Shown one piece after another: positions 23,870 through 36,125 of a stretch of DNA of 64,000 bases; position 1 is the first letter of the stretch, and each line of letters begins with the position of its first letter. The notes beneath the pieces were generated by a model. The model had not been told where the DNA came from and made no database searches. It was given only the letters and a program-made list of their open reading frames with translations. A program made the position numbers and the translations under genes. Origin of the DNA: Octopus vulgaris (Eukaryota); the NCBI GenBank assembly GCA_951406725.2, contig OX597815.1, positions 11,098,001-11,162,000 on the forward strand, in the 5' to 3' direction.

Positions 23870-24790
23870 ATTATTGTAGACCAAAATTTTATTAATTTGA
23901 ACCGAGGAGAGAGATAGTTCCCTATCATAGAACAAAAACGTTTAGACCAAAAAAACCCCAGAAAAACAAAAAAAATCATGAAAATTGTGTGAAGTTTGAG
24001 CTTGACTACGCCGTTGATCATGAACGAAAAACTGAAGAACAGGCATAAGCAGAGGGGCTAATAACTATCCACAAAATAAACAACTACTTAGATGATGGTG
24101 AATTCTACTTTGTGGAGGGAAAGACTGCTACAGAAGAAGGAAGAAACTTAGTACTACGCCTGAATAAGGTGCGAAATGGCGAAAGAGAGAAGTTACCACC
24201 CCTGAAAGGAATCGGAAGAGGAAGACTATATATGTAAAGTAGTGAAAAAATAATGGCCGAACAGTTAACGAAAGTCTACATCGAAAACATAGCTTGTGTA
24301 TATGCTCAATGGTGAGAGCGTTGAGCTTACGATCGTGAGGGTGTGAGCTCGAATCCCGGACCGGGCTGCGTGTTGTGTTCTTGAGTAAGACACTTTATTT
24401 CACGTTGCGCAGCGTCTATCGGTGTGCAATTTCATGGGTTAAAGGTGATATAAACAAAGGACAAAGCTCCATGATGGGAACGAAGGCTTCAGAGCCGAAT
24501 TGAACAGCTCAAGAGTGACGTTGGACGGTTACATGCAATCATAGAAGGATAGAGGGCGAGGGAAAGAGGCAAGAACGAAATGCAAAAGAAGCAGAACATA
24601 AGACAAAGAGAAATACAAGTAGTAAAAGAACTCGGGTAAAGGGCCAAAGGAGTGTCGAGAGAGAAAAGAAAGAAAAAAAGAATCAGCAGAGAATAAATCA
24701 ATACCAACAGAAAAGAGTCTTCAAATAGAATGGACGAAAGTTTTATAAACAAGTGAACAATGATGAGGAGCATCAGGGATTTGCTATGCC
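23870..24790 (+). pseudogene. Degenerate N-terminal region of an R4/Dong ORF, split by a SINE
   Basis: REKLPPLK, P*WERRLQSRIEQLKSDVGRL, RINQYQQKRVF..FYKQV. Confidence 0.6.
24298..24410 (+). mobile_element. tRNA-Arg(ACG)-like SINE family S4, partial
   Basis: GAGCTTACGATCGTGAG..CGAATCCCGGACCGGG..GTGTTCTTGAG; matches 34977-35110. Confidence 0.8.
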
Positions 24791-24829
24791 TGATGCTTCT
24801 GGTTACGGGATTTAAAAGAGAAATGGAAG

Positions 24830-25372
24830 CTTAATTGTTAAATTAATTTAAGGAAAACAATTAAGAAAAAAGAAAAACGAAATGCTAAAACGAAAGCAAT
24901 GGAAAATAATTTTAATTTAACAATTAAGAAAAAAAAAGAAAGGCTAAAACAAAAGTAATGGAAAATAGTTTTAATTTAACAATTAAGAAAAAAAAAAAAG
25001 GCTAAAACAAAGCAAAAACTCAAAACAAAAACAAAACGAATAATTTTAGACACACGCGTAACAATTAAATTAATTTAACAATTAAGAAAAAAAAACGAAA
25101 GGCTAAAATTTAGGGTTAGGGTGAGGGTTAGGGTTAGTGACAGGATGTTGTCTCAGTTTTAGACGCAGCAAATGATTTTAGCTTAATAGAGGGTATAGGA
25201 TTGGTTAAAATTCGAAAAATTGAACTACGTTAAACTTACAAATTACAATTTTCTCAGGAAAGCCAAGAGAAAAAATGTTTTATTTTGACACATTCTACCA
25301 GTATACGAAGTTTAAAAGTGTATGGTTAACTAGAAATTGTGTTGAAAACTGCCGTTCAAAAGGAAAAGATCC
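24830..25372 (+). mobile_element. Relative of the TTAGGG-MITE preceded by four ~60-bp A-rich tandem units
   Basis: TTAATTTAACAATTAAGAAAA..GGCTAAAAC units; TTAGGG tract 25109-25137; right TIR CTGCCGTTCAAAAGGAAAAGATCC. Confidence 0.6.
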
Positions 25373-25619
25373 CACTACTCTTGTAGCACTGACATGCCAA
25401 GAACTTTTGGAAGTTGTCTGTAGGTCCCTGACCTGAAGTATTTTTAGAAGAGATTACGCAGACTTCCCTCGTAGATGCTCAGAGTCAGTCTCAGATCATT
25501 GTCGCTCATACCTCAACTAGCCTCCTATTGAAATCTTGAGTTGTTTTCCAGCAACTGAGGCTCAGCGCTTCCTAACTAGAAATTACATAGAAAACATCCT
25601 TAAAAATGGTGCTGATTCC

Positions 25620-26054
25620 GGATCTTTTCGGTTTGACCGGCAGTTTTTTTCTAGCGGTGTCATATGAAATTGTCACCCATAATTATGACCCTAGTATCGA
25701 TCTATTGCATTTAAATCTGTTTTCGGGTTAGGGTTAGAGTTAGGGTTAGGGTGAGGGGAAGGAGGAAGGGTATATTTTTTTCTTCACTAATGTAAATAAA
25801 CCCAATCTGTTTCTTAAACGAGGGACATATTCATACGGTACAGAATGTTTTCACCTCAATAGACGTCATTGATTGGTTGAAATTGCAGAAATTAAAGGAA
25901 AAAACGACAAATATCTTACAAACAATAGAATTTTCTCAATAAAGCCAAGAGAAAAAGATGCTTTATAAACACATTCTACCAGTATACGAAGTTTAAAAGT
26001 GTTTAGTTACGTGGAAATTATTTTAAAAAACTGCCTGTCAAGCCGAAAAGATCC
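25620..26054 (+). mobile_element. TTAGGG-MITE, complete, 8-bp TSD
   Basis: ~30-bp TIRs; TSD CTGATTCC at 25612-25619 and 26055-26062. Confidence 0.95.
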
Positions 26055-27031
26055 CTGATTCCTCTCGTCGCTTATGCTGGTAATATCAGAAAAACAGTCG
26101 TCTATCTGATCTCTGACTTGCTTTCGTTAACCTCAAGTGAATACAGCAATCGCCATGTTTCACTTGGTCAGTGATTTCTCTCGATTACATGCCGTCAGTT
26201 TGGACTCCTCTATGAAAAAAAAGAAACTGGTGGGAACATTAACCTGCCAAAGTAATAATAAACAAAGTCCTCATCATTTTGGGAATTTTAGTATTGAAAC
26301 TGATCGGGAAATTCCAGCCAACAGACCAAATATCGAGATCAAATCATGCAGGCAAAACATACGAAGGAGCGATGCAGCTAGGCAGTCAGCAAAAAAGTGT
26401 AAATTATCCCGACCAAAAATGTGTATGAATTAGATAAATGTGTCAAGGCAAATTAACTTTAACTGAAAGCATAAAACTCAATACAGACGAACAGAGAATT
26501 ATATCAGAGTAATCCAAACAGATATCTTGAAGTAGACACAAAATGATCGAATTCAACATGCGTTAAATGAATGAGACAATTAGATTTCTTCGTGTATTTG
26601 TTGCGATATCTATTATGGTGTCTGTGCATATGCGTTGAGGCTGGATTAAATTAGCTAAAGTGATTTATTGAATGTTTTTCTAACATGATGAGATACCTAA
26701 TGACATAAAGAGGAAGTTAAATTAGCAAATGCAAGTGTTTCAGATTATTTACGGTTAGTTATGTCCTTGAATAATAAATATTAGTCTAAATAGATATGAG
26801 CAGTTCATAAGATAATATGCACAAGGCTGTATAATATTTCCATAACGGAGTATCATAAGGTGAGCGAATATGTATATGATAGACAAAATAAAGCAGAAAA
26901 GAGGTACAAAAAATTAAAAAAATGGTCAAGCTAGTCATAGAAAAAGTAAGACAGACCTAGAAGAAAACGTACGAAAATGAAAGAGATTAGATATTTTTAC
27001 AAAATAGATCTTATTTTACAGAGGAATTAAT

Positions 27032-27459
27032 GGATCCTTTCAGTTTGAACGGCAGTTTTTAAAAATAATTTCCACGTAACTAAACACTTTTAAACTTCGT
27101 ATATTGGTAGAATGTGTTTATAAAACATCTTTTTCTCTTGGCTTTATTGAGAAAATTCTATAGTTTGTAAGATATTTGTTGTTTTTTTCTTCAATTTCTG
27201 CAATTTCAACCAATCAATGACGTCTATTGAGGTAAAAAAAATAACATTCTGTGCCGTATGAATATGTCCCTCGTTTAAGAAACAGATTGGTTTTATTTAC
27301 ATTTGTGAAGAAAATAAGATACCCTTTCCCCCACCCCTAACTCTAACCCTAACCCTAAAAGAGATTGAAATGGAATAGATCGATTCTAGGGTCATAATTA
27401 TGGGTAACAATTTCATATGACACCGCTAGAAAAAACTGCCGTTCAAACCGAAAAGATCC
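27032..27459 (-). mobile_element. TTAGGG-MITE, complete, opposite orientation
   Basis: Both TIRs present; CCCTAA tract ~27334-27358. Confidence 0.93.
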
Positions 27460-27999
27460 GATATTTATACCAAATATATCTTATTTTACAGAAGAATTAA
27501 TTTGTTCCAGCTATAAAATCTTCAAAACTGGCAAACATTTCCAATGTCTTCTTGGACATTATTATGTTTGCTTGATCGTTGCTTTCACCACTTTCAAATA
27601 TGCTCTAAACCCCAAGGCTACGATACGTTAATAGTTTTTCATTTATGTCTATCTTTTCCCTTTGATTAACTTTAATATTCCTGCAACTTTCTGTTGGCAT
27701 CATTTTGTCCACCTTATTACACGTTTATGTGTGTATTGTTCACAAATTACCCGTTGAATCGATTAAACGCACAGACACACACACACATACACACACACAC
27801 ACACACGCAGACACACACAGAAACACAAACGCAGACGCACGCGCACGCACGCATACATATTTGCTTGCTGTACTATGTATGTGTATTTGTGCATATGTGC
27901 ATGAGTGCATTTCTGTGTATACAGATATATTTTCTTGTTTAAGTAGGTATATATGCATATTTTATAAAAAAAAACGTCAACAGGATTTGTTCGGTTTGA

Positions 28000-28049
<50 letters not shown>

Positions 28050-28054
<5 letters not shown>

Positions 28055-29880
28055 CTTTATTTTGGCACTACGGCCACAACACAGAGGGGACACTACAAAG
28101 AGAGACACAACACGACAGTGGGGACAAAAAACATAAAACGAATGAAAATGAGATATTATATAAAAATGAAAAATGAAATGGCTGCATGGGCTCCATTCCC
28201 ATGCAGTATCATTTGAACGTTTATATAAAATATTTACAATCGTTCTATTATCTTATTGTTTTTTTTCTTAATCTCGTTTTCTCCTCTTTTTTTTAAAATG
28301 AAACAATTTTACTTTTTTCCTTTTTTCTTCAATAAAACAACTTTAGGTTTCCTTTTTAATATCTCATGAAAGGTTCTAAATCTTTTAGCTCCACTACAGG
28401 TGGCAATTCATCACTCCTGGCAGGACAATCCCTTCTCCACACATGTCTTTTAGTCTAGTATAGGTGTCTTTGTCAACCACGGTGGTCTTCACATTCTCGG
28501 AATACACATCCGTGGGCAACTTTATACTCTTATAATATGTTAAAACTTTAATACTTTCTTTTCAGTTTCTTTGCTTTTTGCGTACGTCACAAAATGCCAT
28601 CGAAATTTTCCCTTTCTTATTTGTTTTCTCTTTTCCTGCTCCGCTCCTGGTACCTTCTTTTCTTCCACCACTCTGAACAGTCTCTCTACTTGCGTTTCTA
28701 AATTTTCTTCCTCCACCGGAACAACTTGGATCTTCACCAATGTCTCTTCCTCAAGCAACCCCTCCTTGAACACTTCTTCAAGTTCCTTTTCGCTTATTTC
28801 GTTCATTTTATCCACCAACATTATGTCTTCCTTCCTTCTGGTCTCCTCCTTTTCCATTTCTTCTTTCTTCTTTTTCTGCTTCTCTGGCGGAGAGCTAACT
28901 CTCCCACTTCTCTTTCTTTTCTTTAACACCGTGAACCCATCCTCCGTTGCTTTCTCCTTTATCTCAACCTGTATCACCTGGTCTGTGCTCTTCTGCCTCT
29001 CCGTCTGCTCTATTTGTTGTTCTCTCTGGGGGCACCTGGCCTTCATGTGGCCCTTTCCACCCACATGTATAACATACAGGCAGCCTGCTCTCCACAACCA
29101 CTCTCAAACTTACGTCATCGGCGGCACTATCTCTTCGACAACTCTGTTTAGGTCTTCACTGTTGCTTGAACGCTTAACTCTATTCCATACCCCCGGTAGT
29201 TAACTGTTTGGGTTCTTGTGGCCTTCATTATCTTGGCCTCCACACTCATGTCATGCATTGTGTCTGTCATCAGCCATACTTCTATCAGTTCTGGGGGCAC
29301 TTTGCCAACTCGCACCCTGGTCACACGTTTGCCACAGTACAATGGCAAAAGTACCTATTTTTCCGATCTTATTGCCTCCGTAGAGTACTTAATTGCTTCC
29401 TCTTCTGATGCAAAATGCCCCTCCACATTAGCGTACTTTCTCCCTCTTGTTATAAATGTGGTTAGTCTTTTTATATTCTTCAGACAGTCTTCAATAGCCT
29501 CAATTGTTGCTATTTCTATTTTCCCCGTTGCCATCTTCGTTGTCTTGTATATCATCATTCTTCTCATTACGTTGGTTGTAAGTTCCACAGGTGGCGTTAA
29601 TTTCAGTGTATTTCCGTCTCTTTCCAGTAACTTCTCGCATTCCTTCATTTTTCCTTGTTCAACCTTTATTTCACGTGCTTCCAGCGTTTCCGAGTCTATC
29701 ACTTTTCCAGTTGTAGCCGCATAGCTGTGGTCACCTGCTGGCGTTTTCTCCATTTTTCCCACAATGGGGGAAAAAAACAACAATTCAAAATAACAATTTG
29801 AACAGTAACAATCAATCAAACAAATACTTAATACTATGACTTACGTCTAACACGACAAAAAACAACTGAAACCGCCTGTG
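28050..29880 (-). mobile_element. ORF1(gag-like)-only retroelement A, frameshifted ORF 29753->28356
   Basis: MEKTPAGDHSYAA, TRGRKY, RVRVGKVPPE, knuckle CL..H..KGHMKARCP, K/E-rich tract, DELPPVV then stop, ~300 nt UTR ending TAAAGAAATA. Confidence 0.75.
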
Positions 29881-29915
29881 ACACAAACCTCCAGCCAAGG
29901 CAACACCAACGTCCT

Positions 29916-31613
29916 TATTTCTTTAATTAGGCACAAGGCCTCAATAGAGAAGGGACAACACAAAAACAGACAAAACAATACATTGGGGCACATAGAAACA
30001 CATATCGAATGAATTATGGATATAATGAAAATGAGAATGTAAAGGCTTACCTACCATCCATAAGCAGGTAGTTCCATATTACTGTTTTTGAATGAACAAT
30101 TCATATCGGTCTTGTATCTCTCGGCTTATAACATATACTCTATTAACTCTTCGAAGGCCACCACCGGCGGCAATTCGTCGTAACCAATTTGTATACCTGT
30201 CATCTCTATTATTTCGCCAAACAACTCCTTTAGTTTCTCTCCTCTTTCTTTTCTAACAAAACAGCTTTGAAACCTTCGTTCTACTCTTTGGCCGCTAATT
30301 TCACTCTGATAATGTTCTTCAACTTGGCAATTCTCTTCTCTATCTCTACACTTTTTGGGTATTGTGCCACTGTTCTTACGTTTTTTTTCTTTTGGGTGTC
30401 ACTCTCCTTCTCTCTTCATCAATCCTCTCATCTGCCGCTGGCATTCCTATCTCTGTCTGTCTATCATTCTGTGTTACTATCATCTCTCTTTCATTTTCCT
30501 TTCTCTTCTGTACTTTCCCTCCTTGCTAGTTGATGGTCTCTGCGTTCGCTCCTCACTTACTTTTGTTGTCTTTTCATTTTTTCTCTTCTCATTTGTATTC
30601 TCTTGTTTTTCACACTGCTTCTCCTCTCCACTTGCCTTTATTTTCTTCCTCGAACATTTTGGTGGTTCTTTCTTTATACCACTGTATATTGCTCTTCCAT
30701 TTTCTTCTTCTCCTCCACGGTTGCGTAATCTCCCAGCTATTCCTTCCCTGTCTCCTCCTCTCTATGTTTCTGGGGACACTTAGCTTTCATGTGTCCCCTT
30801 ACTTCACAAAGAAAACATAGAGGCGGTCTTCCTTCCACCACTATTCTCAACCGTGCTTCGTCTGGCAGTATCAGTTCTTCTGCTATCTTGAGGAGGTCTG
30901 GCAAGTTTATATGAACCAATACCTGTAGTCCATACCCCCAACAGTTCACCTCCGATAATTTTAATATTTCAGTGTCTTCCTCTGTGTTGAAGAGGATGGC
31001 TGCAACTAACCACGCTTTATCAATTTCTGGAGGAACTCTACCCATTCTTACTCTGGCCGCACGTTTGCCACAGTAAGTCGGTAGTAGTGTCCACTCTGCT
31101 GATCTCAAAGGCACAGTAGATTATTTTCTCGATTCTTCACTCACGAAGCGTACCTCCACTGTGCTGTATTTCCTTCCTCTGGTGTAATATGTCGTTACAT
31201 TCTTAATTTCTCTCAGGAACTCCTCGACCGCTTCCACCGCTGCTATTTCCAACTTTTTTTATGCAATATTCAATGTTCTGTACACAATTGTTTCGTTCTC
31301 CGTTTTTCTAACACTTCTTTGGGAGCCGTCAGCCTCAGGCTATCTCCCACCTTTCTCAATAAATCGTTATGTTTCTTGAAATTTTTCTCCTGTAATTTCT
31401 GCAGTACTTCCGCTGACAGGCTTTTGCCAGTCACCGCAGCATAACTGCCCGCTTGCACTGGTGTACCTTCCATATTGTTCACAACTTCACGCATAAATAG
31501 TGAAGAAAATTTAAAAAACGGTAACAACAATCAAACAATTCAGTAAATAACAGTAAAACAATAACAGTACTCTCATGGAGCGTATGCACTTACGACTCAA
31601 CAGGTTCAAATAA
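29916..31613 (-). mobile_element. ORF1(gag-like)-only retroelement B, frameshifted ORF 31473->30126
   Basis: MEGTPVQAGSYAA, TRGRKY, RVRMGRVPPE, CFLCEVRGHMKAKCP (CX2CX4HX4C), DELPPVV then stop, UTR ending TAAAGAAATA; TSD-like AACACCAACG. Confidence 0.8.
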
Positions 31614-31623
31614 AACACCAACG

Positions 31624-31940
31624 ACAACGTCAACCTCCTCTCAACGATTGGCCGGAGATGATTTTTAAAATGAGAATATCTGAAATAAACTCGACTGCTC
31701 TTACGAGAACACTAAAAATGAACCCAACCGTTCTCAAAAATTAAGTAAAAAAAAATCTAGAATCCTTGTCCGATACCTGATCGATCCCCAAATCTAATCA
31801 GTTCGTGCCAGTCACGAGGCCAAACATCCTTGAGAGTTTCATCCGAATCCATCCAGTGGTTCTTGAAATATCTTGGACATGGACAAAAAAATACAACTGA
31901 AAACAATGCCTCCGACCTCGCTATGGTGGAGGTAAAAAGC
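31624..31940 (+). mobile_element. Helentron/DINE-like non-autonomous element; its left end is at 29881-29914
   Basis: Homologous to 55478-55688 and 56336-56532; terminal hairpin CCTCC..GGAGGTAA. Confidence 0.55.
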
Positions 31941-32059
31941 AACGCCACTACTCGTATACATGAAAATAACAATTTCTAAACATACGTAGTGCAACACACA
32001 CACACGCACGCACGCATTTGCACGCGCGCACACAAAACATTTGAAATGATGAAATACGT

Positions 32060-32442
32060 TAGGAAATAAATAAGAATTATATCGCAGTAAGATGAGTTCT
32101 TGTCACGAAAGATGTTAACTACTGTGTGAGGGTTGGTGTTGGAATATTAGTTGATGCAAGAGTAGTTAGTCGGCACTAAGCTGTCAGCTCTGAGCTGATT
32201 GTAAACTGACTCCTTCACGTTTAAGTTTTTTATCAGCAAAATCTTGAAAACCTTTCTCTTTAGCACTTTAGCAATATTCTTTGAAATCAGATTAAGTGGA
32301 GTTGGAATTTCCACATTACCATTTGTTTTCTCAGTTTTTTTGTTTTTGTTCTAACAACATCGACTTCTCTTTCGATAAACTTTCTCAATGGGACATCAGC
32401 AACTCAACCACATCATCTTGTATGACTTCTTCAAACCCTACA
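32060..32442 (-). pseudogene. Tigger/pogo-like transposase C-terminal remnant
   Basis: GVGFEEVIQDDVVELLMSH*ESLSKE..LLEQ resembles the acidic Tigger C-terminus. Confidence 0.55.
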
Positions 32443-32982
32443 CCATCTGCAATGTGGGTTTCTACCGAACGGCTACTGTCACAACTTTGGAGAGTACAGC
32501 TGTCAGCCGAATAGATTATTAAGATCGTTTCGCTGTCGCCACTAAAAGGACAAGAGAAATTCTGCTTTCTAGCCGTAATAGCCATAGCGAAAGAGATGAT
32601 ATGGAAAACACTTGGAAGAGGTATCGCATCAGGCACCTTCGTCTCCGGGCATGCTTTGGTTAACCTCTTTTTATATCACCTAAGAAGGAAAGCATGTCTG
32701 GAGAAGAAATGCCTGACGGCAAAACTGTACCAAAAGGGATGGAAGAAAGTAGCCCAAATGTTGGGTATGTAAGCACCTGATTAAGCGGAGTAAAAACAAA
32801 GGGACGAAGTAAGCGGTTTAACGCAAGAATGTAGTTGGTGGGGTCATTAATTTTCTGTTTTTCATTTTCATCTGAAATTATAATGTATTTATTCATATAT
32901 GTAATATCATTCGATAAGCCCCCGACCCCATTTGTCTCGTGTATTGTTCCCACATCGCTTAACCCTTGTGGTTTGAATAAAA
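32443..32982 (+). mobile_element. Tx1/L1-like LINE 3' end (ORF2 C-terminus plus UTR)
   Basis: ERLLSQL..FLAVIAIAKEMIWKT..SGHALVNLFLYHLRRK..LYQKGW; UTR ends CCCTTGTGGTTTGAATAAA; CCATCT on both sides. Confidence 0.6.
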
Positions 32983-33130
32983 TCCATCTTGCTAGTCCCG
33001 CACTTTATGAGCTGGAGTTCAAAGTTTACAGTTCGAGTTAGCGTGTTGGATTGTTGGTTCTTAAAAAATTGTTGTCATATTCCGTGTGGTTACTGCCGTT
33101 TGTTTCGATTATATTGTTATTACACTGTAG

Positions 33131-33362
33131 GGCCACGAGCTGGCAGAAACGTTAGCACGCCGGGCGAAATGCGTAGCCGTATTTCATCTGCCGTTACGTT
33201 CTGAGTTCAAATTCCGTCGAGGTCGACTTTGCCTTTCATCCTTTTGGGGTCGATAAATTAAGTACCAGTTACGCACTGGGGTCAATGTAATCGACTTAAT
33301 CTCTTTGTCTGTCCTTGTTTCTCCTCTCAGTGTTTTGCCCCTTGTGGGTAGTAAAGAAATAT
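33131..33362 (+). mobile_element. SINE family S3 with ~18-bp TSD
   Basis: TSD ATATTGTTATTACA(C/T)TGT. Confidence 0.93.
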
Positions 33363-33936
33363 ATATTGTTATTACATTGTGTATTCTTAGGTAATTGGGT
33401 TGGTTTCCTGCCAATTTGAAAGCCCGTAGAGATAGTTGTAAATACGCAGTTCATTGACATCCGAACTAGGCTGTTTATCACTATCTCTTACTTGATGGCA
33501 TTTTTGCGCGCGTGTGCCTGATTTCTGAATGCAGAGAAAGGGAGAGAGAGAGAGAGAGAGAGAGATGAGTGTGAAATATGTATTGGGAGAGAAGGCATGT
33601 GTGGGAGAGAGACGGAGAGAATAAAGTAATTTTGATTGTCACTCTATTTGTATTTTATATCATTAAATGAAATTGAAAACAAATAGAGAGTATAAGCAAA
33701 ATACTTTTGGCAGCCTAATTGGTGTCCGATTAAAAATATTTACGCTAACTAATTCAACGACTTCTCGTCATATGTAAACAGAAACTACCTTAGTAGATTT
33801 ATTGATCTATCTTCAAATGTAAACAAAATTTATCAGACATTTCACTACATTAGATAGTTTCACTAATTTACAAAAATTGAGTACATACATTTATTGAGGC
33901 TTAGCATTACTAAACGTTTTTGTCTAGCGAAAAATA

Positions 33937-34389
33937 GGATCTTTTCGGTTTGACCGGCAGTTTTTTCTAGCGGTGTCATATGAAATTGTCACCCATCATT
34001 ATGACCCTAGTTTCGATCTATTGCATTTCAATCTGTTTTAGGAATAGGGTTAAAGTTAGGGTTAGTTAGGGTTCGGGTTCGGGTTAGGGGTGGGGGAAGG
34101 GTATCTTTTTTTTCTTCAGAAATGTAAATAAACCGAATCTGTTTCTTACACGAGGGACCTAATCATACGGCACAGACTGTTTTCACCTCAATAGACGTCA
34201 TTGATTGGTTGAAATTGCAGAAATTAAAATAAAAGAAAACAACGAATATCTTACAAACTATAGAATTTTCTCAATAAAGCCAAGAGAAAAAGATGTTTTA
34301 TAAACACATTTTACCAGTATACGAAGTTTAAAAGTGTTTAGTTACGTGGAAATTATTTTAAAAAACTGCTGGTCAAACCGAAAAGATCC
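33937..34389 (+). mobile_element. TTAGGG-MITE, complete, 8-bp TSD
   Basis: TSD GAAAAATA at 33929-33936 and 34390-34397. Confidence 0.95.
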
Positions 34390-34539
34390 GAAAAATATAA
34401 TAGCGAGTATTTTGTATTTTATAATTTCTATCTTTGAAGAGGGTAATAAGGGGTACTCCTTCCAAACTTCTTTTCATTTATATTTCAGATGATGCAGATG
34501 GAAATATATATGTGAGTGATATATTAGTTTCAAATTTTG

Positions 34540-34712
34540 ACACGGAACCAACAATTTCGGATGAATGGGTAAGTCGATTACATCGACCCCAATGCTCAAC
34601 TGGTAATTATTTTATCAATCCCAGCGGCATTTGAACACAGAACGTAAAGTTGGGAAAAGTGCCGCGAAGTATTTTATCCAGCGCGATAACAATTCTGCCA
34701 GCTTGCCACTTT
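34540..34712 (-). mobile_element. Old S3-related SINE
   Basis: AGTCGATTACATCGACCCC..ATTTGAACACAGAACGTAA..TTCTGCCAGCT. Confidence 0.6.
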
Positions 34713-34874
34713 ATATGTGAATGATATATTGATATATAATATTATTTTACTTAGAAATCATCCCCAAAATTCAGTTTATTCCAGTTTCTTTGCAAATATC
34801 TTAAAGGAATTTTAGGAACTGTATTACGTACACACATACGCACAGACTCATCCAAGCATACATACATACATACA

Positions 34875-34907
<33 letters not shown>

Positions 34908-34908
34908 G

Positions 34909-34946
<38 letters not shown>

Positions 34947-34976
34947 CAGTATATATTATATATATATATATATAAG

Positions 34977-35110
34977 TGAAGGCGCATGGATCAGTGGTTA
35001 GAGCGTCGAGCTTACGATCGTGAGATTGTGAGTTCGAATCCCGGACCGGGATGCGTGTTGTGTTCTTGAGCAAGATACTTTATTTCACGTTGCTTCAGTT
35101 CAGTAGCCTT
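34977..35110 (+). mobile_element. SINE family S4
   Basis: A box TGGATCAGTGG, B box GTTCGAATCC, ACG anticodon-like loop. Confidence 0.82.
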
Positions 35111-35164
35111 GACTTGTTCGTGCACGACTGCAATGCACTGGTCGACCGATTCAATTTCAAAAAA

Positions 35165-35280
35165 TGATCCCTCCCGGGCCAACCTCACCCGTACTGAATC
35201 GTTCACCCTTCGCGATCTCCGTCGACGCGATGACATCATCAAGCCGGCAGACAAAGGTGGAGCGGTGGTTGTGTGGCTTC
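35165..35280 (+). pseudogene. Penelope-like RT N-terminal fragment
   Basis: NLTRTE..LRDLRRRDDIIKPADKGGAVVVW. Confidence 0.75.
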
Positions 35281-35329
35281 CCCCGCTACAAGCCACTTGA
35301 TGCAACCCTTAGGCATCTGTCTGCTGACC

Positions 35330-35862
35330 AGCGTTGCCATGTGTGATCGTACTGTCACGCGTTGTATCTTTGTTTCGCAGTGCTTCTCCTCTCTGGCTAA
35401 AACGAACTCTGTTTTCTGCTGGGGATAACGGCAGCCAAAATCGTTTTCATGCTTCAAACAGCTTTCAAGAACGGTGCCATGAGCAAAACACAAGTCTACA
35501 AGTGTGGTTTTCACGCTTTAGAAATGGTCACTTGTCGCTTGAGGACCAACCTCCTTCAGTGCGACCGCCGACCTCTCGAACGAATGAAAGCATGAAAGTT
35601 CATGAACTGATCTTGGAGAACCGTCGTCGGACAATTGACGAACTTGTTGATACGATTGGTGTGTTCTGGAGCTCCTGCCGACGAATTTTGAGTGAGGAAT
35701 CGCAAATGAAAAGGGATGCAGCAAAATTCGTGCCTCGCATGCTCACGGAAGATCAAAAGCAGTTACGACTGAGTGCGTGTCATGAATTGAAAGGACAGCT
35801 GGAAGTTGATCCGGACCTTTTTTCCAAAGGTCATCACTGGTGATGAAAGCTGGTGCTACAGA
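35330..35862 (+). pseudogene. Mariner transposase N-terminal fragment
   Basis: WFSRFRNG..LED..RP, RRRTIDEL, KFVPRMLT, VITGDESWCY. Confidence 0.88.
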
Positions 35863-36125
35863 ATCTGCAGAATCCTGGGTCGCTTCTTTCAGATTGGCTA
35901 TGTCCATTCCAGTATCACTCCTGATGGTGTCAAGCCAGCGGGTTCTTGGTCGGCCTCTTCCTCTCTTGCCACTGACCATTCACATCATGATGTCCTTCTC
36001 CAGGGATTTTCTCCGCATAATATGCCAATCTATGCTTGGTGATCCTAGCTTCTAGTGATATTTTCGGCCTGATCTGCTTAAGAACTTCTCCATTGGTGAG
36101 CCTCGCTATCCATGGAATCCGATAA
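35863..36125 (-). pseudogene. RTE-clade LINE C-terminal fragment
   Basis: RIPWIARLTNGEVL..GKRGRGRPRTRWLD. Confidence 0.85.

Noticed and set aside
25109-25137. True telomere or chromosome fusion site
   Set aside because: Short degenerate TTAGGG tracts lie at a fixed position inside MITE copies
32660-32953. 97-aa minus-strand ORF as a host or viral gene
   Set aside because: It is the antisense of the Tx1-like ORF2 end and UTR
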